DNA of 64,000 bases from an uncultured Pseudomonadota bacterium. Lineage in GTDB: Bacteria > Myxococcota_A > Polyangia > Fen-1088. The notes below the pieces were generated by a model. It saw only the letters and a program-made list of their open reading frames with translations, was not told where the DNA came from and did not search any database. Each line of letters begins with the position of its first letter. The first letter of the stretch is position 1. The DNA lies in assembly GCA_963847705.1 (NCBI GenBank), contig CAWKBC010000014.1:160001-224000 (forward strand), written 5' to 3'. Below, piece by piece: positions 28,229-37,250 of the stretch. Both the position numbers and the translations under genes were made by a program.

Positions 28229-28456
28229 CTACCTCCTGCGATACTTGCGATACAGAGATCGCCCGAAGTCGAGGATTCGAACTCCCCCGCTGAGGTTGAG
28301 AAAGGAGTTCTCGGCAGCAAGCTGCGCCGGCGAGACCTCGCCCCGCCGAAGGCGGCGCTCATCCTCTTCGCGAGATCGCTGCTTCTCGGCCGCTCGCTCT
28401 GCGAAAGACTTCATCCTGCTAGCCACGTCAGTTCCTACCTGCACCGTATCGACCAT
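28229..28456 (-). CDS. Small hypothetical protein
   Basis: Charged helix EKQRSREEDERRLRRGEVSPAQLAAENSFL; ends 8 bp from the tRNA-Asp remnant. Confidence 0.5.
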   Translation of the reverse strand: MVDTVQVGTDVASRMKSFAERAAEKQRSREEDERRLRRGEVSPAQLAAENSFLNLSGGVRILDFGRSLYRKYRRR

Positions 28457-28577
28457 CTTTTCTCTCGGTCAAGAGAGACATGATCGCCAGGCATGCCTAC
28501 CAGACTTTCCAATCGTTACCGCTGGAACTACCGAGAACTGCTGACGTTTCTCCGTCTGCGGTAACGTTTCGTGGTCG

Positions 28578-28590
28578 TAAGCTATTGATT
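28578..28590 (-). promoter_or_regulatory. IHF-consensus site beside attR
   Basis: Reverse strand AATCAATAGCTTA matches WATCAANNNNTTR. Confidence 0.55.
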
Positions 28591-28607
28591 TTGTTCGTAG
28601 ACGGTCA

Positions 28608-28658
28608 GAATCGCACTCAGGAGGCCGACGGTTCGATCCCGTTCATCTCCACGATTTT
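28608..28658 (+). repeat. attR core (tRNA-Ala 3' half duplicate)
   Basis: 51/51 identity with 2956-3006. Confidence 0.95.
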
Positions 28659-28759
28659 ACTGATGATTTTTTTGCCGCAGGGCAGCGAGAAAACGTTTGA
28701 GAGGCAAACGTTTTTCGTTAGCTCGGCAGAAGTAACGCCCATTCGGGAGACGGCGCCCT

Positions 28760-30169
28760 CTAGGGTCTGGCGATGAGCTGCCCGATCTTGGTGGCCACGG
28801 CGGTCGTCGTGGTCGCGTAGCTCGCGTCGCAGACCGATCCGAGGACGTTGTTCGGGAAGGCGTTCACGAACTGGGCGATGCGCACGCCCGGATCGGCGAA
28901 GCTGCCGTCGGTCGTGTTCTGGGTGGCCTTGGGGTTGACGTAGCCGCCGGGGCCGACCGCGCCGCAGGAGTGCATGACCGTCGGCCAGAGCTCACCCGGC
29001 TGCGTGTTCTGACCACCCTCCGCGGGTATCCAGGCGACCGTGTAAGGTGCGGCGGGCCCGGCGATGGCGGCGACGAGGATCTGGTTGTCCGGGTCTGGCT
29101 TCAGCGACTTGATGTCGCTGATGAACTTCGAGACCGGCGTGAGCGCGCTCGATCCGGTCCCCGTCGGGGGTTGCTCGTTGTCGACGCAGTTGGCGAGATC
29201 GAGAGTGGGCGCGCTGGACGTCCCCTGCGCGTCGGTGGGGGGCTTGAGCGGCGGGATCATCCAGGCGTTTCCGCTCGCCACATCCTGGCAGTAGTGGGCC
29301 CCGCGGGGGCCGCCGTTGCAGCGGTAGTTGGCGATGGGGCCGTCGGGGTTCGAGATGTTCTGCTGGGCGCCGTTGAGCGAATAGATCGTCGTGTCGGCGG
29401 GGGCCGAGCAGTCGTCCTCGTTGGTCAGCATCAAGATGACGAGGTAGGCGCTCGGCCGCAGGAAGTTGGAGTTCGTGGCCGGGGCCGCGCCGAGGCCGTC
29501 GGCGCCGAGGGCGCGATCGATCGAGGCGAGCTGATGCTCGAAGCCGCAGCCTTTGCCACCGAGGAGCTCGATGCACTGGACCACGTTGCCGAGGGGGTCG
29601 GTGTAGTTCGGCATCATGTCGGCATCGGAGATGAACGTGTCGCCGGCGATCAGCGTCGTGTTCACGCAGGTGCCCTGCGGCGCCGCATGGAAGGCACCCT
29701 GGTCGCCCTGTTTGGTGCAGCCAATCGAGGTGGTCGAGTCGCCGGGCGCGCCCATGTCCGAAGAGACGACGGCCAGGTGCAGGCTGAGCGGTACGGGGAG
29801 TCCCTCCAGCGCATTGATGAACCCCGGGAGCTGGTCGTAGAGCTTCGCCTGCATCTCCTCCATCTCGGACGAGTCGTCGATCATCATCAGGACGTCGACC
29901 TCGTTGTTGATCTTGCTTCCGAACGAGCCGCCGACCGGCGTCCCCCCGCTGCCGCCCGAGCCGAAGCTTCCGCCCATGATGCCCGCGCCGCCGGTGTCCC
30001 CGCCCGAACCGCCGGAACCACCAGTCGCGCCCGCCCCGCCGGCTCCCGACAGCGATTCGCCGCCGTGACAGCCGGCCACGGAGCCGGCCACGGAGCCGGC
30101 CACGACCGCCAGTACGACCGAGAGGCCGAGGGGCCACCGCCGAGTCTCCCGAGCTGAGCGAACAGTCAT
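28760..30169 (-). CDS. Myxobacterial vWA-like lipoprotein
   Basis: Lipobox VAGC, Gly-rich linker, DVLMMIDDSSEM MIDAS-like motif, GCGFEHQL, TNEDDCS, SVCDASY. Confidence 0.8.
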   Translation of the reverse strand: MTVRSARETRRWPLGLSVVLAVVAGSVAGSVAGCHGGESLSGAGGAGATGGSGGSGGDTGGAGIMGGSFGSGGSGGTPVGGSFGSKINNEVDVLMMIDDSSEMEEMQAKLYDQLPGFINALEGLPVPLSLHLAVVSSDMGAPGDSTTSIGCTKQGDQGAFHAAPQGTCVNTTLIAGDTFISDADMMPNYTDPLGNVVQCIELLGGKGCGFEHQLASIDRALGADGLGAAPATNSNFLRPSAYLVILMLTNEDDCSAPADTTIYSLNGAQQNISNPDGPIANYRCNGGPRGAHYCQDVASGNAWMIPPLKPPTDAQGTSSAPTLDLANCVDNEQPPTGTGSSALTPVSKFISDIKSLKPDPDNQILVAAIAGPAAPYTVAWIPAEGGQNTQPGELWPTVMHSCGAVGPGGYVNPKATQNTTDGSFADPGVRIAQFVNAFPNNVLGSVCDASYATTTTAVATKIGQLIARP

Positions 30170-30782
30170 CAGAGCCTTCCACGTCTTTAGTGCGATCCCA
30201 CCGATCAGATCGGGTCAGCTTTCGCGCTCCCGAGGATGAGTAAGAAAAGCGCGGGTTTTGGCTGATAATACTTCCTTCCGTCCGTCAGAATCGCGTGGCC
30301 GCCCTGGCGGAACATCGACCTTGGTGCCGCTGAACTTGACGCTCACCTGCGGGGATCGCAGGGCCAGGGACTCTGGCGGTCCTCATTAAGCGATCGCCAC
30401 CACGTCGCAGGCGACCAGCGATGGCAGCGTCACGGTCTCCGCCGTATTGGCTACCTTCATCACCGAACCTCTGACAGTTCTCGTCTCTAGCCTCTGGTTC
30501 TCGTAGACGCCTGAGGCGCTCGGCGTTCGGTCCCGGCCTGAGACCCTTCGCCGCCAGGTGCTTGCCGTAGGAGTCGATCGCGGTCGGCCACAGTCACGCC
30601 CTCCTCCACGATTGGATCGCCGATCTAGCTCTGTGACGGTGAGACTCCCGCTGGCGCCTGGTTCTGCCTTCCGTGAAGAGATCTCCATTCGTTTTGCTTC
30701 CAAGTAGCTAACGTTGCTGACGTTCTCGGAGTCGAGAAAACGTTTGGGTTCATGAGGCGTGGATATCGTTCGTTAATCTTTA

Positions 30783-30817
30783 GAATCGCACTCAGGAGGC
30801 CGACAGTTCGATCCCGT
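30783..30817 (+). repeat. Third copy of the tRNA-Ala att core
   Basis: GAATCGCACTCAGGAGGCCGACAGTTCGATCCCGT, 34/35 identical to the tRNA. Confidence 0.88.
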
Positions 30818-30832
30818 CCCGGGACCGGGACC

Positions 30833-31705
30833 TCAATTGAAGCCGAGCTGAAGTTGGCCCTGGTCAGAGATGAAGACCGGCGCGGCGACGAAGATCGGGG
30901 GGAGAGGGTTCAAAGGATAGAAGTAAACGGCACCTATGGTGAGCGCAAGCACTGGTGGGTTCGGGAGCGACGCGGACGGTACGAGGCGGTACCCGATACC
31001 GGCGCCGTCGCTGGTGAGCGAGGTGCCGCAGCCGTCGACGGCCGGGCTCGGGTCAGACGGAGTGGGAGCGCAATCAGGGAAGTTGGCCGAGACCTCGGCA
31101 TCGAATATGTCCCCGAGCGCCAGCACGGGCGACAGGACCGTACAGGTCGCGGCGTCCGTGCAGCTCACGACCTCGATCGCCTGACCGGTAGGCATGAGAT
31201 TGACCACGGTCACGTGCTCGTTGCCGGCCGTGGGTGCGTCGGGGAGCGACACGAAGAGGCCCTGCAAGGCGTCGAGCGGACCGTACAGAAACAACCGCGC
31301 GTTTCCCCCCGCCGGAATCTGACCGTCGCCGTCGAAGATCGGCGCCTGCCCCGGCGCCGCGATCGTGAAGTGGTGCGGGCCGGCGTCCAGGTAGTGGACC
31401 GAATTCTCGGCCCCCTCGGTCACCGTGTAGAGGGACTGGCCCGCTTGTTCCGGGTCATAGAGGAGATCGCCGTCGAGCCAGAGATCGTACTGCGTCAAGT
31501 TCGGGTTCGTCGCAACGCGCGCCTGCTCCGCCTGGAATGTGGCGTCGGTGGGGGAGAGTGAGGTGACCAGGCCGCCTTTGTTCGATCCGGCGCTGGTGCT
31601 GGCGATGACGACGTTGCTCGGATCGACGTTTTTCGTGGCGCACGCCGAGAGACAGAGATGCATGCAGGCGAACCACAAGACTGTCAACAGCCGACGGTTT
31701 TTCAT
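30833..31705 (-). CDS. Lipoprotein divergent from an ECF module
   Basis: Lipobox LSAC; similar to 48612-49487 (VTVVNL..VVSC..TCT). Confidence 0.75.
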   Translation of the reverse strand: MKNRRLLTVLWFACMHLCLSACATKNVDPSNVVIASTSAGSNKGGLVTSLSPTDATFQAEQARVATNPNLTQYDLWLDGDLLYDPEQAGQSLYTVTEGAENSVHYLDAGPHHFTIAAPGQAPIFDGDGQIPAGGNARLFLYGPLDALQGLFVSLPDAPTAGNEHVTVVNLMPTGQAIEVVSCTDAATCTVLSPVLALGDIFDAEVSANFPDCAPTPSDPSPAVDGCGTSLTSDGAGIGYRLVPSASLPNPPVLALTIGAVYFYPLNPLPPIFVAAPVFISDQGQLQLGFN

Positions 31706-31815
31706 CGAAGCTCCTTCCACCCTTTTTGTTGGGACCGTTGCCTTTCTTGGTCGGGTGCAGTGAGCAAAAAGAAAGATCTTCCCGACCGGGAAGTCCGCCA
31801 GACTAACCACCGGTA

Positions 31816-32805
31816 GTGTATCGGGCCTCTCGACACAAGCTCCTCCTCTGCCTGGCGGGCGTCGCGTTGCTGGCAGCGGCGGCCTCGCGCACCCACGCTG
31901 GGACCGCCGACGCGGCGCCCCCGATGCCGCCCACACCGGAGCAGCTAGACACGCTGCCGTTTTCGGACGCCGAGCTCCAGCAAGCGTTGCTGGCGCGGTT
32001 GCTCGGTCAGGCTGGTGAACCGGCGCTCCTCCGGATCGACGTCAAGCCTGCCGGCGCCGGCGCGGTGGCCGTCCGCGTCGGCGCACGGAGCCGGATCGTC
32101 GCGCTGAACGAGCGAACCGGTGCCGGCGCCGCGCGCGTCGTCGCTCTGGTTATCGCCGAGATCCTGAACAGTGGCGTCGAGACGCCCCCCGCTGGCGAAA
32201 CGCCAACTACCGCCGATGCGAAACGCGCGATCCAGGCGCCCAGCCGGACGGCCTCCGGCACGGTCGTGCCGCACCCCACGCTCGCTGCCACCGGGGAGCC
32301 GACCGCCGCGCCAGAATGGAAGTCGCGTCTCTGCTTGACGAGCGGCGCCGCCAAGGGGACAGGCGACGAGGAGCTCCTGGCCGGGACCCTCGACGTCGAT
32401 CTGACGATGGCGTTCGGCCACGGTCGACTGCGGCTCGCGCCGTCGGCGGGCCTCACGATCATGCCGACGCGCAACGCGGGGACGCTCGATCAGGTTTCGT
32501 TCCTGGCGGTGAGCGGGCGTCTGCTGGGTGGCGCGACCTTCGGCCCGCTCGACTTCCTAGGCGGTCCCGTCGTCTCGCGCTACAGCATCGGCGGGGCCAC
32601 GCCCCATGGCGGGCTCCTTGTCGGAGCCGAAGGGGTGGCCCGCCTGGCGGCGCCGTTGTCGGACCGGTTCCGCCTCGTCGCTGCGGCGCGGGTCGACGGG
32701 TTTGCGGATCGCGTCCGGGTCTTCTGGGTCGACGGTCGGGCCTACGCGACGCCGCGGGTGGAGTTGGGCGTCGGCGTCGGATTGGCCTGGGAATGGGCGT
32801 CATGA
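31816..32805 (+). CDS. Secreted/outer-membrane protein heading an ECF operon
   Basis: Signal peptide; ARVVALVIAE; amphipathic beta-strand C-terminus. Confidence 0.7.
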   Translation: MYRASRHKLLLCLAGVALLAAAASRTHAGTADAAPPMPPTPEQLDTLPFSDAELQQALLARLLGQAGEPALLRIDVKPAGAGAVAVRVGARSRIVALNERTGAGAARVVALVIAEILNSGVETPPAGETPTTADAKRAIQAPSRTASGTVVPHPTLAATGEPTAAPEWKSRLCLTSGAAKGTGDEELLAGTLDVDLTMAFGHGRLRLAPSAGLTIMPTRNAGTLDQVSFLAVSGRLLGGATFGPLDFLGGPVVSRYSIGGATPHGGLLVGAEGVARLAAPLSDRFRLVAAARVDGFADRVRVFWVDGRAYATPRVELGVGVGLAWEWAS

Positions 32806-33410
32806 CCCGGTCGTCCGCTTCCCCTCGCCAGTCGACCGCGGAAGCGGCGGCTAAAGACGCCGGCCTCGTTGACGCGGCGGCGCGCGGCGATCGGCGAGCG
32901 TTCGCAGAGCTCTACCGACGGCACCTCGACTCGGTCTACGCGCGTCTCACGCGTGTGATCGGCCCGGCACCCGAGCGCGAAGATCTGGTCCAGCAGATCT
33001 TCCTCGACGTCTACCGGGCTTTGACGCGATTCCGGGGCGATTCCGCGTTCTCGACTTTCCTGCACCGAATCGTCCTCAACGTCGCCTGCGAGCACCTCGA
33101 GCGCCGGCGGCGTGGGCGCGGGCGCAGCGAACCGCTCGGAGCCCGACAGATCGAAACCCTCATCGCGCCGGACGCCTCGCCCGAGCAAAGGGCGCGCCAG
33201 CGCGAGGAGCTGGCCCGTCTGTTCAGGTTCCTCGAGGTGCTTTCGCCCAAACGGCGTGCGGCCTTCGTCCTGGTGGCGATCGAGTCTCTGCCGATCGAGG
33301 AGGCGGCGCGGCTGCTGGACGCCAAACCGGCGGCGATCAAGCAGCGTGTCCTCGAGGCGCGCCGGGAGCTGGCGCGCGCGCTCGACCGCGCGCATGAGGA
33401 GACGACATGA
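32802..33410 (+). CDS. ECF RNA polymerase sigma factor
   Basis: AFAELYRRH, EDLVQQIF, FRGDSAFSTFLHRI, region 4 LSPKRRAAFVL. Confidence 0.92.
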   Translation: MTRSSASPRQSTAEAAAKDAGLVDAAARGDRRAFAELYRRHLDSVYARLTRVIGPAPEREDLVQQIFLDVYRALTRFRGDSAFSTFLHRIVLNVACEHLERRRRGRGRSEPLGARQIETLIAPDASPEQRARQREELARLFRFLEVLSPKRRAAFVLVAIESLPIEEAARLLDAKPAAIKQRVLEARRELARALDRAHEETT

Positions 33411-34567
33411 AGCCCGACGAGCACGACGCCCGTATCGAGACGGAGATTACCGGTCCGCTGCGAGAGGCGCACTCGGCGCTCGACGAGCTTCACCGCGCCC
33501 GGCTGTCTTTCGCCATCGAGACAACGCTCGACCGCGAGGACAAGGCGATGGCGGCGGGCCGTGCGTCGCGCGTCCGGCGTCGGCGCGTCTGGCTATCAGC
33601 GTCGGGGATCGCCGCCGCGATCGTGGTCGGGGCGGTGTTCTTGACACGCGGACCGCATGCGCCGCCGCGGACCGGCGCGCCCGTGGCGAGCGCTCCTGAA
33701 ACCCGGGCGCCGCCCTTGTTGGTCCCCTACCACGGGGCGGGCGAGCGGGTCCCGGCACCGTCCCCCACGACGAGCCTGCTGGCGCTGGCCGGCGAGAGGG
33801 TGCGTGCCACCGTCGGCACACGCGTGCGCCTTACGCTCGTGGGTCCAGGCCGGGTATCAGTTCTGCCTGCGGCCCGGGTGGGCGACGTCGAGCTAGCGCT
33901 GAACGAAGGACGCCTCCTGGTAGACTACGACGGACACGCGGGGGGCATGCTGAGTGTCGGGTCGCCCGGGGCCGTCACCACGGTCGTTGGAACGCTTTTC
34001 GCCGTCGAGGCGACCGGATCGTCAAGTCGCGTCGCCGTGGCGCGGGGACGGGTTCGGACCACCGACAGCACCGGACACCTCTGGCAGGTCGCCGCAGGCG
34101 ACAGCTGGACCAGCGCCGACGGTCGGTTGGCTCCCATCTCCGACGAGCTCGCCGCGGCCCTCGTGCGCCACGAGGCGGACTGGACGACGGTGCCGCCCGT
34201 CGCGCACCCCGACGAGCCGATCGAGCCTTTGCCGCCGGCGGTGCGTCCGAGCGTGCACCCACGGCGGCAGGTCAAACTGGACGCTCTTTACGCCAAGGCC
34301 GAAGCGGCCATGCGCGCCCACGCGATCGCCGAAGCGTGCCGGATTCTTGAGACCATCGTCGATCGCGATCGCAACGGCCCGCTCGGTGAAACGGCCTTGC
34401 TCGACCTGGCTCGGCTGGCGCTCGCTGACGGCGACCGGGTGGAGGCGCGCCGCGCCCTCGCCCGCCTGCCACCTCGCCTCGCCGATCCGGCCCTGGCCGA
34501 GACCGCCAGCCATCTCCGTTGCCGTGCCGAGCGCGTACTCGACGACGGCGATAGCTGCGGGTTTTGA
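33407..34567 (+). CDS. FecR-domain anti-sigma factor with C-terminal TPR-like helices
   Basis: One TM helix, VVGTLFAVE..VAVARGRV FecR motif. Confidence 0.85.
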   Translation: MKPDEHDARIETEITGPLREAHSALDELHRARLSFAIETTLDREDKAMAAGRASRVRRRRVWLSASGIAAAIVVGAVFLTRGPHAPPRTGAPVASAPETRAPPLLVPYHGAGERVPAPSPTTSLLALAGERVRATVGTRVRLTLVGPGRVSVLPAARVGDVELALNEGRLLVDYDGHAGGMLSVGSPGAVTTVVGTLFAVEATGSSSRVAVARGRVRTTDSTGHLWQVAAGDSWTSADGRLAPISDELAAALVRHEADWTTVPPVAHPDEPIEPLPPAVRPSVHPRRQVKLDALYAKAEAAMRAHAIAEACRILETIVDRDRNGPLGETALLDLARLALADGDRVEARRALARLPPRLADPALAETASHLRCRAERVLDDGDSCGF

Positions 34568-34571
34568 ACCA

Positions 34572-34595
34572 GAATCGCACTCAGGAGGGCGACGG
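34572..34595 (+). repeat. Fourth (shorter) copy of the tRNA-Ala att core
   Basis: GAATCGCACTCAGGAGGGCGACGG, 23/24 identical to the tRNA. Confidence 0.8.
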
Positions 34596-34878
34596 GTCCG
34601 GCCTCGGAATCTTGGTGAACCGGCTGGTCCAATCAGCTTCTTCCCACTCAAGTGCAGGAAAAGCGGACCGGCGCCCCAGTTGCCGGGTGCTGGTCGGCCT
34701 CCTTCCTGCCGGGACTGTCCTGGAAAGCCACGTCGGGCGGCGCCCTTCGTCGGCGCGAAGGGGGAGAAGGGCACCACGTGCCGAGATAAATTCGACGATG
34801 CTTGCTTAGCACTTCGGGGGCCTCGTGCGTCGTGGAGGGTAAATGCTCGCGCGTGCTGCGCGGCTAAGAGGAGAAAAC

Positions 34879-36000
34879 ATGTCCTTTCATCGTTTCGTCG
34901 CGACGTCCGCGCTGGCTCTTGCCCTCGCCCACACCGCCGCCTGTGGCCAACTCTCGGGAGACACCGGCTCCCCCTCCACGCTCACCACCATTCACGGGAC
35001 CATCACTTCCAATTCCACGTCGGCGCCTGCGTCGCTGGCCACGGCCATCGTCTGGGAAGAGATGTCACCGGACGGGACCCTTCATGAGGCCGCCGACAGC
35101 GTGCCTGTGTCCGGGACCTTTCCGGCGTCCTTCAGCATCGCCCTCACCGGGCTCCCCCCCGCGAGCGCGATGCTCGACTTCGCCACCTTTGGGGGCACTC
35201 CTGGGAGCCCCTCCGCCACCGGCGTGCATGTCGCGGTGGGACTCGTGGTGGCGTACGACGACCGCAACGGTAACGGCCAGCTGGATCTCGTCGACGCGAG
35301 CGCATCGCATTACATCGACGAGATCGAGGGTGTGGGCGACCGGTACATCGTCTACCTCGACAGGTCCGTCCCTGCGACGCTCGTGACGAGTCCCGAGTTT
35401 GACGCACTGGGCATCGACGGCTCGATGCCACAGGAGGGCTACAATCTGGTACTTCCGCAGTCCAACTATTGCTTCGCGAACGCCGACGCGGGCGCGGCGG
35501 GAACGTGCACGAGGGGCATCATGTGGGAGCCCATGAAGACCGCCGTCACTATTCCCCTGGGAACGGCCACGGTGATTTTTCCCACGGACCTGCAGGAGCT
35601 GATGTGCTCCTCGGGGCCGAACGGCGACCAGATGGTCGTTGGCGCCCAATCGACGATTTCGGTCGCGGATTTTTCTGGGGCGCTCCCCTCGGCCGACGAT
35701 CCGAACGTGGACTGTTTGGACCTCAACAACTTCCAGTACATCTCGTCTTGCACGACGAGCCCGGCCGGGGTTTGCCAGCAGGTGAACACCGTATGTACCC
35801 AACCGACGATCGTGACACTCGATCCCGCGGGGGGCTCGCCCATCACGCCGCCCGCCAACTGGCCGTGCCCCGCGCAGACGCCGCCGCCTTCCGCCTATCT
35901 GAGCTGGTTGGCAGCGAGAGGGTCGGGGACGGTCAGCGGCGGCGGCGGTGGCGGCTCGAGCGGGTCCGGCTCCGGCGGAACAGGGACGAGCTCGAACTGA
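34879..36000 (+). CDS. Cys-containing lipoprotein
   Basis: RBS AGAGGAG, lipobox TAAC, YDDRNGNGQLD Ca-binding-like loop, Gly/Ser tail. Confidence 0.78.
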   Translation: MSFHRFVATSALALALAHTAACGQLSGDTGSPSTLTTIHGTITSNSTSAPASLATAIVWEEMSPDGTLHEAADSVPVSGTFPASFSIALTGLPPASAMLDFATFGGTPGSPSATGVHVAVGLVVAYDDRNGNGQLDLVDASASHYIDEIEGVGDRYIVYLDRSVPATLVTSPEFDALGIDGSMPQEGYNLVLPQSNYCFANADAGAAGTCTRGIMWEPMKTAVTIPLGTATVIFPTDLQELMCSSGPNGDQMVVGAQSTISVADFSGALPSADDPNVDCLDLNNFQYISSCTTSPAGVCQQVNTVCTQPTIVTLDPAGGSPITPPANWPCPAQTPPPSAYLSWLAARGSGTVSGGGGGGSSGSGSGGTGTSSN

Positions 36001-36024
36001 ATCCGTCGCCCGGCTTGATAGTCC

Positions 36025-36534
36025 ATGCCGACCGACGACGGAGCAGACTTGACCAACGAGGAGCTGGCCGAGCTCTATCGCCGGTACGGGTTCTTGCTTC
36101 GTCGTCGTTGCCGCATGCTCTTACGCGACGAAGCCCTCGCCGAGGACGCCTTGCAGACCGCCTTCGTGAAGATCATCGAATCGCGCGCAGCGCTGGCGCG
36201 CGCCGACAACCGGCTGGCCTGGATGTATCGGGTCGTGGACCGTTGCAGCTTTGACCTGCTGCGCCGCCGCCGCGTGCGGCGCGCCGAGCCGATCGACCAG
36301 CACTCGGACAGGACGGCTGCCGCCCCGGGGGTCGACCTGGAGGCGCGCAACGCCGTGCTTCGCATCCTCAGCGAGCTCACCGAGTCTGAGTTTGAGGTCG
36401 CTGTGCTGTCCTACGTCGACGGGGTGCCCCAGACCGAGATCGCGTCGGCTTTGGGCCTCTCCCGGCCGACAATTTGGAAACGTCTGCTTTCCATACGCGA
36501 GCGGGCAGCTCGTTTGCTCGAGGTGACGCCATGA
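36025..36534 (+). CDS. ECF RNA polymerase sigma factor
   Basis: LYRRYG, AEDALQTAF, LAWMYRV, EIASALGLSRPTI. Confidence 0.9.
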   Translation: MPTDDGADLTNEELAELYRRYGFLLRRRCRMLLRDEALAEDALQTAFVKIIESRAALARADNRLAWMYRVVDRCSFDLLRRRRVRRAEPIDQHSDRTAAAPGVDLEARNAVLRILSELTESEFEVAVLSYVDGVPQTEIASALGLSRPTIWKRLLSIRERAARLLEVTP

Positions 36535-37250
36535 ACGATCTCCCGAACCACCACCACCCCACGGGTGCTCGGCTGGACGCCGTCATCACAGGGGACGCCG
36601 ACCCCCGCGCGGCAGCGCACGTCGCATCCTGCGCCGAGTGCGCGGCCTACGTCGAGCGTCTCCGCCAGGGGGCGGAGAGCTTCGCCGCGGCCCCGCGCCC
36701 CAGCCCCGAGGCATTCGTGCAGGCCGTCGTCCGTCGGCGGGCAGGAGAGGGGGCGCGTCAGGCGCGGTCGCGTTGGATCGGCGCGACGACCTCCGGGCTG
36801 GCCCTCGCGGCGTGCGTCGTGATCCTCGCGCATGCGCGGCCGATCACCGCGCCACCAAACGACGTCCCAGTGGTGGCGCCGGGACCGGGGCCGATCCGGT
36901 TCAAAGGGGGATCTCAGGTGGCCGTGATCGTCGAGCGGCGCGGAGGGCAGTCGCGCGAGCTGGGGGCTCTGAGCGTCGCGCCCGGCGATCGGATCCGAGT
37001 CGAGATTGCGCTCGACCACGACGATGACGTAGAAGCCGGCGTGCTCGCCGGCGACGGCACCTGGGTTGCGCTCCAGCCGGCCACGCACCTCGGTGCGGGG
37101 ACGCACTTCTCGGCGGGAGCGGTTGCCTTTGACCAGCATGTTGACGAAGGTTGGGTCGTCGTCGGGCCCCCCGATGCGGTCGCGCGGGCGCGCGCAACGC
37201 GGGACCTCTCCGGCGTCCACGCCATCCGCATCCACCCGGCTACCCCGTGA
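36531..37250 (+). CDS. Zinc-binding (ZAS) membrane anti-sigma factor
   Basis: HVASCAEC (HxxxCxxC), TM helix, IRFKGG extracytoplasmic domain. Confidence 0.82.
   Translation: MNDLPNHHHPTGARLDAVITGDADPRAAAHVASCAECAAYVERLRQGAESFAAAPRPSPEAFVQAVVRRRAGEGARQARSRWIGATTSGLALAACVVILAHARPITAPPNDVPVVAPGPGPIRFKGGSQVAVIVERRGGQSRELGALSVAPGDRIRVEIALDHDDDVEAGVLAGDGTWVALQPATHLGAGTHFSAGAVAFDQHVDEGWVVVGPPDAVARARATRDLSGVHAIRIHPATP

Larger units (their letters stand above)
2956..28658. mobile_element. Integrative mobilizable element / defence island integrated in tRNA-Ala(CGC)
   Basis: Identical 51-bp direct repeat at both ends; integrase, relaxase and RHH genes at the left end; defence cargo. Confidence 0.9.

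Noticed and set aside
2956-28658. Prophage or self-transmissible ICE
   Set aside because: No capsid, terminase, tail, VirB4 or coupling-protein genes recognised.
30295-30720. Short ORFs between the att remnants
   Set aside because: No recognisable family or convincing start signals; probably decayed sequence.
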